The translations under genes were made by a program, and so were the position numbers. Source: Camelus dromedarius (lineage: Eukaryota). Taken from it: DNA of 64,000 bases. The DNA is taken from the NCBI RefSeq assembly GCF_036321535.1, contig NC_087437.1:77750001-77814000 (forward strand), given 5' to 3'. The notes beneath the pieces are model-generated. The model was not told the DNA's origin. It did not search any database and saw nothing but the letters and a program-made list of their open reading frames with translations. Of the stretch, positions 51,146 through 64,000 are shown piece by piece (positions within the stretch are counted from its first letter, which is position 1; the number at the start of each line of letters is the position of its first letter).

Positions 51146-51199
<54 letters not shown>

Positions 51200-51678
51200 G
51201 GAATACTATTCAACCAAAAAGAAGAATGAAATCTTTGCCATTTGTGACAACTTGGATGGACCTTGAGGGTTTTATACTTAGTGAAATAAGTCAGACAGAG
51301 GAAGACAAACACCATATGATTTCACCAATATATGGAATCTAAAAAGCAAAACAAACAAATCAAAACAGAAACAGACTCACAGACACAGAGAACAGATTGG
51401 TGGTTACCAGAGGGGAGGAGGGTGGAGGAGGCAAAATGGGTAAAAAGAATTAAGAAGTACAAACTTTCAGTTATAAAATAACTAAGTTATGGGGATGTAA
51501 TGTACAACATGGGAAATACAGTCATAATATTGTATTAACTTTGTAAGGTGACATATGGTCACTAGACATTTTGTGGTGACCATTTCACAATGTATATGAT
51601 GTATACAAATGTTGAATTACTATCTTGTACAACTGAAACTAATACTGTATGTCAACTATATCTCAAAAGAAAAAAAAT
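50024..51678 (+). mobile_element. 5'-truncated older L1 (laurasiatherian-type 3' UTR), degraded ORF2 3' part
   Basis: aaagctggaggtatcacactccctgatttcaaacta, ORF fragments [19 protein letters not shown] and TTWMDLEGFILSEISQTE, then 3' UTR and A tail. Confidence 0.93.
51149..51196. repeat. (GT)24 microsatellite inside the L1
   Basis: Read directly from the sequence. Confidence 0.95.
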
Positions 51679-52817
51679 CAAATCGTTTTACAGTAAGTCA
51701 ATCAAAAAAAGACAATATAATAAAATAAAACCTGTATTTAGCCTGGACTACTTGTAGAATTGAAAAAGATAAGAAAAATTATTAATTTAGAATTACATGC
51801 ATCTTTTATCATCAATTCATTCATAAAATGCCCTTTTAATGCCTAACATTACATTTTTTACTTGGTGACCTATAATCTGTGCTATGAATGCTCTTCAGAG
51901 AGGAAAGGAAAGGCATCACTCCATCAGTAAAAAATGAAACTCCAGTTGTTGCCCAGTATGAGAAGATGAATAGCATTAAGCTATGTATAACCTAAGTCTG
52001 CTCCAGATCCTCTTGCAATCATTGAGTAACATGGAAAAGGAGATAATGAGCTACAGTTATGTGCTTAGTTTTTGGTTTGAGAAAACGAAATATGTCTTAC
52101 ATAAGTGCTAAGCATTATTATGGCATTTGCTTTATTAGCCCCGTTAAGAACCCGAGCTCACCAATTTTTTCTTAGCTTTCTGGCTATCATGACTGCTGAT
52201 AATTACTATTCTCATAAGCAGTATTAGAAAACAGAGTTCAGAACTTCTTATGTCCCAAGGTTGTGCTACTTTTAGCTTCTCTGGGGGTCAACAGACAGGG
52301 CAATGAGAGAAGTTATGCACTGTCACAGCCTGAACAAAATCTCATCAATCAGAGAACAGGGTTTTACTCTCTGGTGCCTTCTTTTCACTACAGTGGAAAT
52401 AAAGGAAAGAATCCCCAAACAAGCAATTCTGTTGAATTACTGTGTAAGACCAGGGGAACAAATGACAGCACTTGTATCTCTAGTAACCACTTTCCAGCAT
52501 GAATAAATTGTTCTCAGAAAAATATATTTTATCTGAAACTTTATTTCATAAGCAAAAGAGGTTCAAAGTCACAGCACATAAAAGTTTAAAAAAATCTAAA
52601 GTCAAGTTTTATTCTATGTATGGAGAAGAGAAAAGTTCTTATCCTAATGAGAACATCTTTTGCTACATGTTAGCCTAGCATGCCCCTTGAACAATCTCAG
52701 ATGTCTGCCATGCTGAAGCATGCTTTGGAGGGATTTGGATCTGAACTCTATAATTTTATGTTAAGAATTCTGCTCCCTTTTCAGACCACTTCTAAGGAAC
52801 TGTTTCAAAAATGTCAC

Positions 52818-52820
<3 letters not shown>

Positions 52821-52854
<34 letters not shown>
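52821..52854. repeat. (AC)17 microsatellite
   Basis: Read directly from the sequence. Confidence 0.95.
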
Positions 52855-52857
<3 letters not shown>

Positions 52858-53214
52858 TTCCAGCAACAAGAACTTTAAAAACACCAATTAGACCAGAAAT
52901 TTGAGGCCAATGAATGAGTAAACTTTTAAATTATTCTTACTTCCACTACCTTTTCCAGATATCTTTGTCTGTTAACAGATTATACCAAAATGTCTATTCT
53001 CATATTGTTAGGAGGGGTAGTAATGAATGTTACATTCCAGATTGTTCCTGGTATGGGGTAGGAATAGATTAGCGACAACTGAGTGGAGTCTCCATAGTAC
53101 AGGATCTGTTCAAAGCTTTGCATACATAGACCAGTGTGATTAGATTTTAGGGGACTGATTCACACTAAGTTCACAAGGTACGGCTATTTAATCCAAACAA
53201 AAAGAAACAGTTTC

Positions 53215-53770
53215 AAAATAGATGTATGGAAAAAGATCGACCATGCTAATAGCAAACATAAGAAATGTACAATGGATATTTTGTATCAGATAAATAGACC
53301 CAAACAAAGAGAATTACTAATATAAAAGAGGCATTTCATAATAAAAAAGATTTAAGAACATACAGCAATCATAAATGTATATGATATGAACCTAGTAACA
53401 GAGCTTCAAGGTCCATGAAAGCAAAATTGTATAGAATTAGAGGGAAAAATAAACAATTCTGCAATCAGAATTGGAGATTCTTAACATTCTCTCAGCAATC
53501 GATATAACAAATAGCCACAAAAGCACAGTACAGATGTGCATAATCTAAACAATACTATAAATCACTTTTTCCTAATTGATATTTATATAATATAACCCAG
53601 CAAATGCAAAATACACAATCTTTTTTAAGTACACATATTACAGACAGCAAGATAGACATATGTTGGGCCACAAAACAAGCCTCAAATGTAAAAGGATTAA
53701 AATCATAAAACATGTGTTCTCTGACCACTATGGAATTAAGTTAGAATCAATAACAAAATACCTAGAAAAA
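53215..53770 (+). mobile_element. Ancient L1 ORF2 endonuclease-region fragment
   Basis: tggaaaaagat..ccatgc, ttggagattcttaac, gatagacatatgttgggccacaaaacaagcctc and ttctctgaccac (GDFN, IDH.LGHK and SDH motifs, degraded). Confidence 0.8.
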
Positions 53771-53962
53771 TATTTGTTACTTAAAGTTCTAAGCTTTTGT
53801 TACTTATGAAATATATTTATGAAGAAAATAACCTTCCCAAACAAGAGATATGATGTACTACTCTAGTATACTCAATTGTTCATATAACTTAAGAGCTGAA
53901 AAAGAGTTCAGAGGTAAGCAAAAGGCTGGAGTCTTACTTCTAAATGTCCTTAAAATATTTAG

Positions 53963-54083
53963 GGGGTAGAAGGTATAGCTCAAGGTAGAGCACATGCTTA
54001 GCATGCACAAGATCCTCGGTTCAATCCCCACTACCTCCTCAAAAAATAAATAAATAAATAGACCTAATTACCCCCGCCACAAA
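53963..54083 (+). mobile_element. tRNA-Ala-derived SINE (Vic-1-like, camelid)
   Basis: A box TAGCTCAAGG (53976-53985), tRNA-Ala(AGC)-like arm catgcttagcatgca, B box GGTTCAATCC (54018-54027) and (AAAT)n. 12-bp TSD taaaatatttag at 53951-53962 and 54084-54095. Confidence 0.88.
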
Positions 54084-54639
54084 TAAAATATTTAGATATA
54101 TGTTGTCAATGAGCTACTTAGTGAAAAGTTTTTCAGAATTTATGTGTTTTTGTTTATGATCTCAAAAGAAAGGAATATGAATACAAAAAATAAGTATAAA
54201 ATTGGGTATCTATTTTTGTTACACTTACAAAAACACTTTAATTTTATAAAACTCATTAGTCAGGCTTTGGTATTTAGTAGTTTTCATTGATTGTACCTAT
54301 TTGTAAATCTATCTGTTAATATATTATCAACCTTCAAAAGAAACCTCTATTAGATATGTACACTATGTTGTACAATAAAAGAAGAAAGTTTTTGTAAAAT
54401 ATTGATTCCACAATTTAAAGTACAGTAACTGAACAATTTGCAACCTGGTCAAACAACAACAAAAGTTTTAATTCAATTCTTTAAGAGTGAATGGCAGAAA
54501 GCTTTAAAAAAAACTTTTAAATAAAGCTGTAAACATTTATTTTTATTTGACTTATATAATCAAACATTTATTTAGTATTCTGGTTTAGTTTTTGAAGTAT
54601 TAATCTTTTAAAATCTAATTAGAGAGGAAAATTTACACC

Positions 54640-56000
54640 CATCATGTATTTATTAACTTGATAATTATTCTAAAAATACCCTCTATGTACATGTGAGGCA
54701 TTATGCCAAGAGTTAGAGATGTAATAATATTCTCTGCTCTAATAAAGCTTATATTCTAGTGGGAAAGTAAAAAAGCAAATAACAATACAAAAAAGAGCTA
54801 ACTATTTAATTATAACAGTGCTATGAATGTGAAGTAAATAGTGATATCAAAGCATGTAGTAGATATCCTCAAGTGACAGAAAATAGAACTGAACTTTGAA
54901 GAGTGAAAAAAAGTTAATCAATAGAGAGAGTTTTAGATAGACGGAGGAATAAGTGAGGCTTGAATCAGAAAGGGGAAAATGTGTTTGAAGGACCAGAGAA
55001 AACATCTATTCGTGAAGCAAGAATGGTCTCCAGGTGAGGCAGGCAAGGTTAGCTCAGCCTGGTTGACCAAGAAAAGAACTTTTTTTTCCTAGTTGCAACA
55101 GATGGTCATTTAAAGCACTTTAGACAGTGGATTTAAAATAGAAAGGAATAGCAGATATTCTGGATTTGGAGAGTCAGAGAGAGAACAGGAAACAATGGTT
55201 CCTAGGTTTCTAGCCTAAGCAAATAAGCAGGTGGTGATGTCACTTACTGAGATGAGAAGGATGGAAAAGGTGGAAATCTGTGGAAGAATTATAGAGTATT
55301 TGATGGGGGGGGGCATACTGAACTTCAGTGGAAGTACTGTAAGATTCAGAGGAAGAATTTAGGTATACAGCTCAATGCAGAATTGGACATCAGAGAAATG
55401 TTTTGGTTTAGAGGTGTAAATTTGAGGATCATCAGCACACAGATAATGAATGCTATGATTGTGAAGGAGAACATTTAGAGCAAGAAGAGAATTGCTATAG
55501 AAATATGCCACCTGAGGCTCAAGGAACTCCAACATTTGAAGGTTAGGTAGATGAGATTGAGCCAGCAAAGGAAAGAATAAGTGTTGTGCAATGTGATAGA
55601 GGGCAAGAAAATAGCGCCTGGAGGAAGGAATCATCCTTAGCTTGCAATGTACCAGAGAAGTCATGTAAAATGAAGAATCAAAAATCCCACTGCCTTAGTA
55701 ACATAGGCCACTGCTGATCTTGGGAGGAATCATTTTTTGTGGATGGCTGGAGCTTGCAGGAAAATTAGACCCTGAGGAGAAAGGCATGTGTTGATAGCTA
55801 TTTACAAGAAGTTCGGTTGTGAAAAAGGAAGAAGGAAGAGGGTGGCAGTTAGAAGAGTGAAGAAAAGTTGGGTTATGGAAATACATTTTGTTAAGATGGC
55901 AGAATTCTGGGCGTGGTGATGATGGCAAGGATTTAGTTCAGAGGGAGAGAAAGCAGACAAAAGAGAGTGTAAAGTTTCTGAGAAACTGAGGGAAGCTATG
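54640..56000 (-). mobile_element. Long degenerate L2 fragment
   Basis: agcttatattctagtggg, tcctaggtttctagcctaagcaa...gtggtgatgtcacttactgagatg, taaatttgaggatcatcagcacacagat and ggaactccaacatttgaagg. Confidence 0.75.
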
Positions 56001-59000
56001 ACAGATGTGAGTAATTTAAGTTTTCAGAGCTAGTCCAATAATCAGAGACAACCTTTCAGAAGAGTTTTCTCTTAGACTTATTCAAATAATCTGATATTTT
56101 GCTGAGCATGAAATTTAAATTTATCACATTGTTATATTCGATGCTGAACAATTTTACTGCCAAACTGTGTGTGTGAGATTAAGTCTTCTGTATTTAAAAC
56201 TTATGCCCCAGTTAATGAAAAGTTATAGATAGGTTTTTATCTACTCAGCAAAGACTATTTTAAAGGGAAATGCTAACTTAACCAGTAAATTAGTTTCAAG
56301 CAAGTACACAACTGAAACAGATGAACAGAACACACATTGCAGTTTAGTGTTTTATTTCTGTATATCTACCTGAGTGATTTCTCTTCGGAGCAACCAGAGT
56401 GTTTTTAAAATCTCATTTAAATTTTTTTCTAGCATACAAGCCAACTTCACATGAAGGATATTATATAAAGTTATCTGTATCATTTAAAAATGTAATCATT
56501 GAGGAAACTATTAACTTAAAAACTTCAGCATTAATAGACTTTGCTTGATGGTTTAAGTTCAGAATCTAGGCTTCAAAACAAATGACCCTTTGCCTACTGA
56601 CAATGTAAGAAAACATCATCAAGAGGAAAGTCAGTTAGAAAGTGCCTTGCCGGGTTTGTAGCCACAGCATGTGACTCTGGCTACAGCTACAAGAGCATGG
56701 CAGAGATATTCTAATTGTAAAATGATTCAGTGACCCCACAAGCCACAGTTTATCCTCCCAGTTGTTAGATAATCAAATATTATTTGCTTTAATTGAGCTG
56801 CCATGGGGATGATTTTCAGTGGGCCAGCTGAATCAATGGACTGGCTGGAACCTGTGAAGCATTTTACATGCAACACAAATAAAAAGAGCTGGGAAGCCAA
56901 AGGAAACTTAAAAACAAAAACTCTTATAAATATGTTTTACCGGTAAATAAGATACTGCAATTTAGAATTATAGTATGTCCACTGCCAATGATATCAACGT
57001 TCCTCATTGTCAAGGTAGCAGATTGCTATCACTTACTCCCAAATAACTTTTGAATGTAAAATGATAAAGCTCCCTTTATTTTAAAAAAGAAAACGATTAA
57101 GTCTGAATATTTTCATTTGTCATTGAAAGCAGATCTACCTAGAAAATTAGACTAAATATGAATAAATTTACATAAAGTTGCCGTAAATCTCTTCAGTATT
57201 AATTTCATGTACTGGGCATAATTTAACAGGCTGAACACCCTCTCACAGAACAAGAGAAAATATATTCTCACAAAATTTTCTATGTAATACCTCAGTATTG
57301 CTAAGAACTGCAATATGGAACAAGCTGAAACAAACACATAAACACATGAAGCTGCTTCATGAACACCACAGAGAGATGCTGACAAGCAGAATGCATTCCA
57401 ACAGTTCCATGTAGTATCTAATTACATCTTTAATTCAAAATTAGAGGAGGGCAAGTCACAGAAGAGCATCAAAATTCTTGTAACAAGGTCTACATAACCT
57501 ATTTGATGTTGTTGGAAAAACAGCATATGTTTTGGGTAATTGCCAAAAAACCTCAAAGGATACCAACTTCTGAGAATAAAACCAAATGCTATAAACCCTA
57601 ACAGCTACCTATGGTACTGACCACAGGGATGGAGTTGATAATTAAGTAGCTACTGACCCTTAAAAGCATAGTTTCAATCTCAAATGTAACTTTTTGAATC
57701 ACTGGATAGAACAGGCCTTTGAAGACAGCCACCTTCACTTTTCAAAGAAAAACTGTCTTATTCCACATTATTATCAGCAGCCCACATCGGCTAGTGATTT
57801 AACTGACCTAAATACATTTCCAGGACTTAGAGGGAGAGGATGGGGTAGAAGATGGAATGTAGCATGAAACTCTGTGGATGGGAGTCTTAACACACACATT
57901 CCTTGGTCATACTGCTTTTTGGTGAGAAAATGTAAGCATATGAGAAAGGAACTTACTGGGGCCATATCACAGGATTCCTGCACAGTGATGAGTGTTCATC
58001 TGAGATTTATGGTCCCGCACTTTCCATGAAACTAATCATAATGGTAGTATCATTTTTCTTCAGCTATGCTCTCCAGTTTGTGTGAAGCCTAAAGTAAGGA
58101 GATAGCTGAATTTGTAGAGATTTGGGGTTTGCTAAGCAAGAAAGATGGAAGATGAAAGGGACAAGAGAGTTAAAGTTTATAAGGATCTAATTACAATGAA
58201 AGCTCCTGGGAGCTAGGTTGGGAAGGGAGGAAGTAAGAACAAGATAGGGTAGGCTAATGGATCCTGAAATGAAAGTACTATCTTGTCATGTTTAAACTTT
58301 TGGAGTAAGGTAGAGAAAGTAAGCTTAGATGGGTATGTCATTGAAACCAGAAAACTGGATGTTTGAACCCAAGATTTCATATGTGCAGTAATTAGTAATA
58401 ATGACACAATACAAGGGCCTCCTAATGTATCAAGTTTTTAAATATTATTATTATGAAAGTACTGTGCTTTGAATTTCAGCTGACCAGCTCCAGTGCCAAT
58501 TTTGTAAGTTATCTAACCATAACAGCCTTCCCTCCAGAAGATAACTAGTCTAAAATTAAGTATTATTTGTGTAGAAGCTCTCCACACCACCAGATTTATC
58601 TTGCTAAAGTGCTCTCCTTTTATTTAGACCCATTTTCCATCTGCTGACCTTTTTATAGGATAGTAATCAAGCTTTTTACAGCCAAGATGTTCTTAGAAAG
58701 TGACGTTCTTCCTTCCCATAAATTTCTCTTTCATATCATTTTTTTCCCTTTTCTCAACAGTTTGACCAGATTATATTTAAATTCTGGCTTCAAAAAAAAA
58801 AAAGAATAATTTAATCATTGAACAATAAAGAATCTTATTCCTCATGCTACCAAATTTGATCTGTTCTACACTAATAAAATCTTCCAAGCAATATTCAAAT
58901 TAAAGATAAACCAATAAATTAATCTCCATGTATAAGAATAAATGGGCCACTTATTTCTCTTATTTTCTTCCTTCTCCTTTCCCCAGTCTCATTCTTTTTT

Positions 59001-60034
59001 GAGAGTTGATGTTGAGGAGGAAGGACAGAAAATCAGCATGAAAGTAAACACAACATTTCACAGAACAGCTTGGATATTTGAAAAACTCTTTATACATTAA
59101 TAGTACAATGCTTGGAAAATGGGAAGTTCTGACTAATTAAATTTCCTCATGAACTAGGGAGGAAAAACATTTTTAAAAATTTCAATCCTCCTTTAAAACC
59201 TTTTGAAAATGACTTAATCCTCTTCTTGGCTTATTAAGTATAATCTATGGAGGAGAATGAACACATTTGATGAGTTAGATTGTGTGACTCAGGATCGTCA
59301 TTATGAATAACAATTCGCATTGTACATTTCTGGGATGGTGTAGCAGTTTGGACTGATTATACGTAATCTTCAAGAAATGCCATAGAAGGTTCTCTTCTGA
59401 ATAAATCCTGCTTATCACTCACTTTTTCCCTCACTTTTCTCTTTCAAATCTGAGTGCTATAAAATTTTGATAAACTGATAACTATAGTTAATCCTATTTA
59501 TAATAACTTTAAACTAACTTCATATGCACAAATAATTTTCAGTTGTCAAAATATGAATTATTTTAATTATATTTTAACCCCTAAGTAATGCTTCCTAACT
59601 TCCACCAACATGGTTGCTTATCCTATTAATTAACTCGTTTCTTGACACAAATACATTCTTTTTTTTTTTCTTTTCACTGTGGCAAAGAAGCAGCTAGAAT
59701 AAGGGTTCTTTTGAGTTATAAGTTAACTAAGTTCTTTTTCATCCTGATGAAGATATGAAGAACTGTTAGGATGAGAGAGATTATATACCTGCTTACCCTG
59801 GAGTGCATGGAAGATGGAACGTTAATCCAAAGGACAGGAAAGCTGCATAGTTAACCAGGGTTTTTTTTTTTAGAATGATTTTCAGTTTATCTGTTTATTA
59901 AATAATGTGAACCTACTATGTACAAAGTACCTTTGAATTTTGCTACCTGATTCTCAACTTCTAAGACTTTAGAGAACAACTGAGGAATGCATGACTTTCA
60001 ATTTAGGTAAAAACTGTAGGGAGAAATTAAACCT

Positions 60035-60245
60035 ATCATTTGCTGACTACTTACCAAGTGTAATATGTGTCTATTATGTACATACATATATATATGTATA
60101 TATATATTTTATATACACACACATATACACACACACAAACACAGACTCATGCATACAACATATCATAGTGTCCCTAGGGGGTAAGAATTATCATTTCTAT
60201 GCTTATAGATGTGAAAATTGAGGCTCAGTGAAGTAAGCCAGAGAG
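60035..60245 (-). mobile_element. MIR with embedded TA/CA low-complexity tract
   Basis: atttgctgactacttacc...ttatagatgtgaaaattgaggctcagtgaagtaag. Confidence 0.6.
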
Positions 60246-60729
60246 TTTATGAGTTTATGTTCCAATATGAGATAGAGATCACATTGTCTGCTGGAACAGT
60301 AAGAAAAAGATTCCTTCAGGACTAGAATTGGGTCTTAAATGGATAATAAACTGGGAGTATATATAAAAAAAAAGAGGGACATTCAAGGGGGCATTCTAGA
60401 AAGATACAATAGCAGTTTAAAAGCTTGGAGTAGAGTTCTGCTTTTAGAGTTTCTAACAGACCAACTTTCCTATATGTAAAAACTAAAATCTACAAACTTT
60501 GGATTGAATATATACAGTATGTATTTTGTGCACATAGCTCATTTATTTATTTGGCCTACAGGCAAAATCCTGTAAAAGCAGGAAACTTATCTGAATTTGC
60601 CCAGTGACATCTCTTTCTAGGTTCAGCGGTCAACTCCTCTCTACTTTCTGCTTGCTTTTGGTCTCTCTTCAAGAGTGCCTTTAAGTCATATAAATAACAG
60701 TAAGCTCCATAGTCTCACTGGCTTAATAA

Positions 60730-61320
60730 ACCAGACTTTGAGGCTACAACAGCGTCTGGAGAGTGAGGGGGGAAATGCTGGAAAAGAAAGAGCTGGAGAG
60801 AAGTAGGGACAAATACCGTATATAAACCCTGCATAATATCTAGCAGAGCCCTGAACTGCACATGGACCGTGAAGATTCTGGGAAACCCAATGAAAGCTGA
60901 AATATCTGAAAAAAATATCAGCTGCTTCCCCAAGCTGTGGTGACAGAACTTGGAATTAATTGCCTCATAAAGCAAACAAACAAATAGTAAATCAAACAAA
61001 AAAACAAAAATCACTCTCTGGGAGAATATAACAAAATCCAGAGCCTCTCTGATGTATTCTTCACACGTGCAGATACAATCCAGAATTACTACACGTGCAA
61101 AGAAACGGGATAATGTGATCCACGTGTAATGAAACAAAATCAAAGAAAACTGGCCATTGTGAGACTCAGCTGCTCAAATTAGCAGGCATAGATTTTGAAG
61201 CAGCTACTGTAACTATACATTCACTAAAAAAAAAATCAATAAACAAATAAGAAATAAAACGAAGACATAACAATAAAATTTTAATACTCAAAAATACAAT
61301 ATCTAAAACAAGAAGTTGGA
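60730..61320 (+). mobile_element. Ancient L1 5' UTR/ORF1-region fragment (L1M-type)
   Basis: ggagaatataacaaaatccagag...gatacaatccagaattact...aagaaacgggataatgtgatcca...tcaaattagcagg..gattttgaagcagctactgtaacta. Confidence 0.6.
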
Positions 61321-62959
61321 GTGGACATACAGTCTTTGCTTAAATACTAACGTTTTCAGATATGCCAGCTTCCCATTTTAAGTATGAACACACAACAAAA
61401 CTGAACTGAGTATTTCATTTTATGTGCTTTTAATAATTGCTTATGGTCTGTTCAGCCCTGTTAGTAAGACATTCTTTTTCAGAAAAGAAATAGAGATGGC
61501 AGAATAAATTATATCAGAAACCTTTCATATGGACTGCCCACCACAGGCATGAAACAAGCCTGTTCATGGGTTGATCTTCCTGCAATACTGACAGGATACA
61601 AAAATCATTCATATTTTCTATTCCTTTATAAAAATAGAATGTAAAGAAATGGTTGCTGGTCAAGTTTACAGATCAAATCTGCAAAAAAAAGTTCACTATA
61701 TGATATTGCTTAGGAATGGTATAGAGTGCCAAAGCGACGTCATTATATTTCTTATCTAGTAACATCAAAACAACCAACAATTGATCAACCAAACTTCTTA
61801 ATAACTTGTCTTTATTAAGTGGTGATTAACAAGGTGGTTTTATTGCATTTTTTACAGTTATCCTAGTCTGAAGCAGCGTCAGAGAAAGAGAGCAGTAAAG
61901 CCAAGAGTTTGGTAAAAGGCTATCTCATTACTTGTTGGCTAAATTTGGGGTACATGTTTAGTTTGAACCAGACACTTTCCTTCTCTTGAAACCACAAGTT
62001 GTTCTCCTGTTACACCATATGCACAGCTCAGTGATAAAATTAGCACATTCTATTGTAATTATTCTTTTCTTGCCTACATCCTTCATTATACCCAAACTTC
62101 TTGAAAGAGGGTATAAATTACTACTACTTTCTCATGGGGCAACAGCCAACCACATGGAAAGGGTTATAAAAACATGGTTCCTACTTCCAGACGTCAACAA
62201 AACTGGAAGATTTAAAGTGAGAGATGAAAAAATGAGGAAAGAAGTTTTGACTGAGGCAATGGTGGTTAGGTGTATAAGATTACAAGAGCTACGGTGCTAT
62301 TTTGCAAAATAAGATCCCTTGTTTAGATTGTTCATAGGTGTAATTTTTACTGGGTGCACTGCAGGCACCAAAGAAGTTTCCCCATTTCAGAATGAGGGTT
62401 TGAAAATCGACTGAAATTTAAATTAGTAAGAACCAACATAAATCTGTAGAAACCACACCCTAATTACTCCTAATGAATTTAAGCTATTTCCACACCTTAC
62501 TGAAGATCCCAAAATGTGTTCCTGATCAAAAATGTGTTACAAAAGGTTAGGAGTCAAATTACTAAGAAAGTCATCCTCTAGGAAAGACTGAACTATGGAA
62601 GTATACAATTAATAAGGAATATTCAAGAATGAGAGGTATATAAGTAAAACGTTTTCTGCATGTATTTTACATTCTCCATGGGAAAGACTTTTTAAGGCTA
62701 AAGTCCAACATTAGTTATCTACCCAGAAATAGTCCCAGGTTGAAGAAGATCAATTCATTAAGCTAGTACTAGATGGAAATGTCACTCTCTATAATTCCAT
62801 GTTCATGAAATAACTATTTAATCTGTAGACGGACTTTCTGAAGGAATCCACCTACTAGTACACCAAAATTTCATTAGGTAAACATTCTGTTCTCAACAGA
62901 AATGAGGAAAAAGAAAGCAATATTTACTTAGCAATAATATATTCCAGGGAGGTTCCTAT

Positions 62960-63155
62960 GCACTTTTCATGTATAGCCTAGGTAATTCTCAGCTGAGCTC
63001 TGAATAAGAATTATGCTCATTTTACAAACAGGAAAATTAAATTCCGAGGGATTAAAGTATACATCCAAAGTTACACAGCTGTTAAATGGTGCGGCTGAGA
63101 GTTAAACCTCATTCTACCTGGTTCCAAAGTCCATGCTCTTTCTCTTCCACTGTAA
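62960..63155 (-). mobile_element. MIR fragment
   Basis: ctcattttacaaacaggaaaatt...ccaaagttacacagct...tccaaagtccatgctctttc. Confidence 0.7.
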
Positions 63156-64000
63156 CTTGATGAAATGCCATTTTGCTCCATAGTTAGTTTCTGATGAGCT
63201 TGCTTAGTGCAAATCACTTCTGCAGAGCCTACTCACTTACCCTGTGTAGGACCGATAAAATCAAAAGTCTAACTCATTCAAGGAATTGAGACTAGATCCT
63301 GGGTCTTCTGGTGGAAAAATCCAACAGCCGGGCTTCTAGCATGTGAGGCTAGAAGTCAAATATCTGCTTGCTCATTTGACCTGGATCTAGACAGAATCAA
63401 TTCAGGTCATTTGTCACTAATTAATATGTGCTGAAACAATGTTCTAAACATTCAGAGTTTATAACCTTTTCATTCTGCATGTCTCAGAGATACCAGAGTA
63501 CAGTCACCTCTTGATTAAGCTAGATGGACATGTTAACCTTTGAGCTACACCCTGGCACATGAAGAAGAATGGCTTTGATAACTAATGGAGCTGGGAAGAG
63601 AAGGATTTTTTTTTTTAATATAAAAAGGAAAAATGGATATAAGAAGAGCACTTAAACACTTCTTATACAAGGAGCAGGATCTTCAGAACATATGCAGCCT
63701 TAATAAATGAGAAACCATTAAATAAAAATGTGAAGATGGCACAATGTTAAAGAATGTTTTTGCCTGATCCCTGGCCCCTGATTGCTGAGATGGCTGTGAT
63801 TTGCACTTAAGAGCATAGTCCCCCTGGCCTATTCATCCATACTTTCTTGGAGAACATTCAAGATGACCAGAAAGGCACTTATTAGGTGTAGAGAGTACTG
63901 AAAATTAGGGGACTCTAGACCTACAAGGGCAGGAGCTCTCCACAAATATTGACGAGTTCAGAAAGTATAATCGTACAGCAAGAATGATAAAACAGCTATT

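Larger units (their letters stand above)
14336..64000 (-). other. ALCAM: 3' portion of ALCAM intron 1 (exon 1 and promoter lie outside the window)
   Basis: No signal-peptide exon (MESKG-like) and no CpG island found upstream of exon 2. ALCAM is known to have a very long first intron. Confidence 0.9.

Noticed and set aside
53963..54040. tRNA-Ala-like sequence as a real tRNA gene
   Set aside because: The stems are imperfect, and it has an AT-rich tail and a TSD, so it is a SINE.
56657..56685. Inverted repeat tgtagcca...tggctaca as a miRNA or ncRNA hairpin
   Set aside because: The stem is only about 11 bp, too short for a pre-miRNA and expected by chance.
6578..59291. Isolated AP-1 heptamers (6578, 11194, 40594, 45558, 47572, 59285)
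   Set aside because: They are dispersed, and the count is about what chance gives in 64 kb.
60715..61143. 142-aa minus-strand ORF
   Set aside because: It is antisense to an ancient L1 fragment and has no recognisable domain.

Overview
AT-rich mammalian genomic DNA, most likely from a camelid (alpaca/camel), judged from a Vic-1-like tRNA-Ala-derived SINE and a camelid-type L1 3' end. The window lies entirely inside the ALCAM (CD166) gene on the minus strand. Five coding exons (2-6: 101, 220, 65, 88 and 183 bp) have canonical AG/GT boundaries, splice in frame and encode the end of the signal peptide and both V-type Ig domains. Exon 1 lies beyond position 64000 and exon 7 before position 1, so 14336-64000 is part of the long intron 1. 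The rest is intronic: L1 fragments, L2, MIR, MLT1 LTRs, hAT MITEs (MER5, MER20) and microsatellites. I see no new biological system. The best leads are the intact exon-3 read-through for soluble ALCAM, a strong CTCF motif, UG-repeat-associated cryptic splice sites, a cryptic donor inside exon 5 and several retrotransposition footprints. Repeat subfamily names and comparisons with human ALCAM come from memory. Boundaries of old repeats are approximate.
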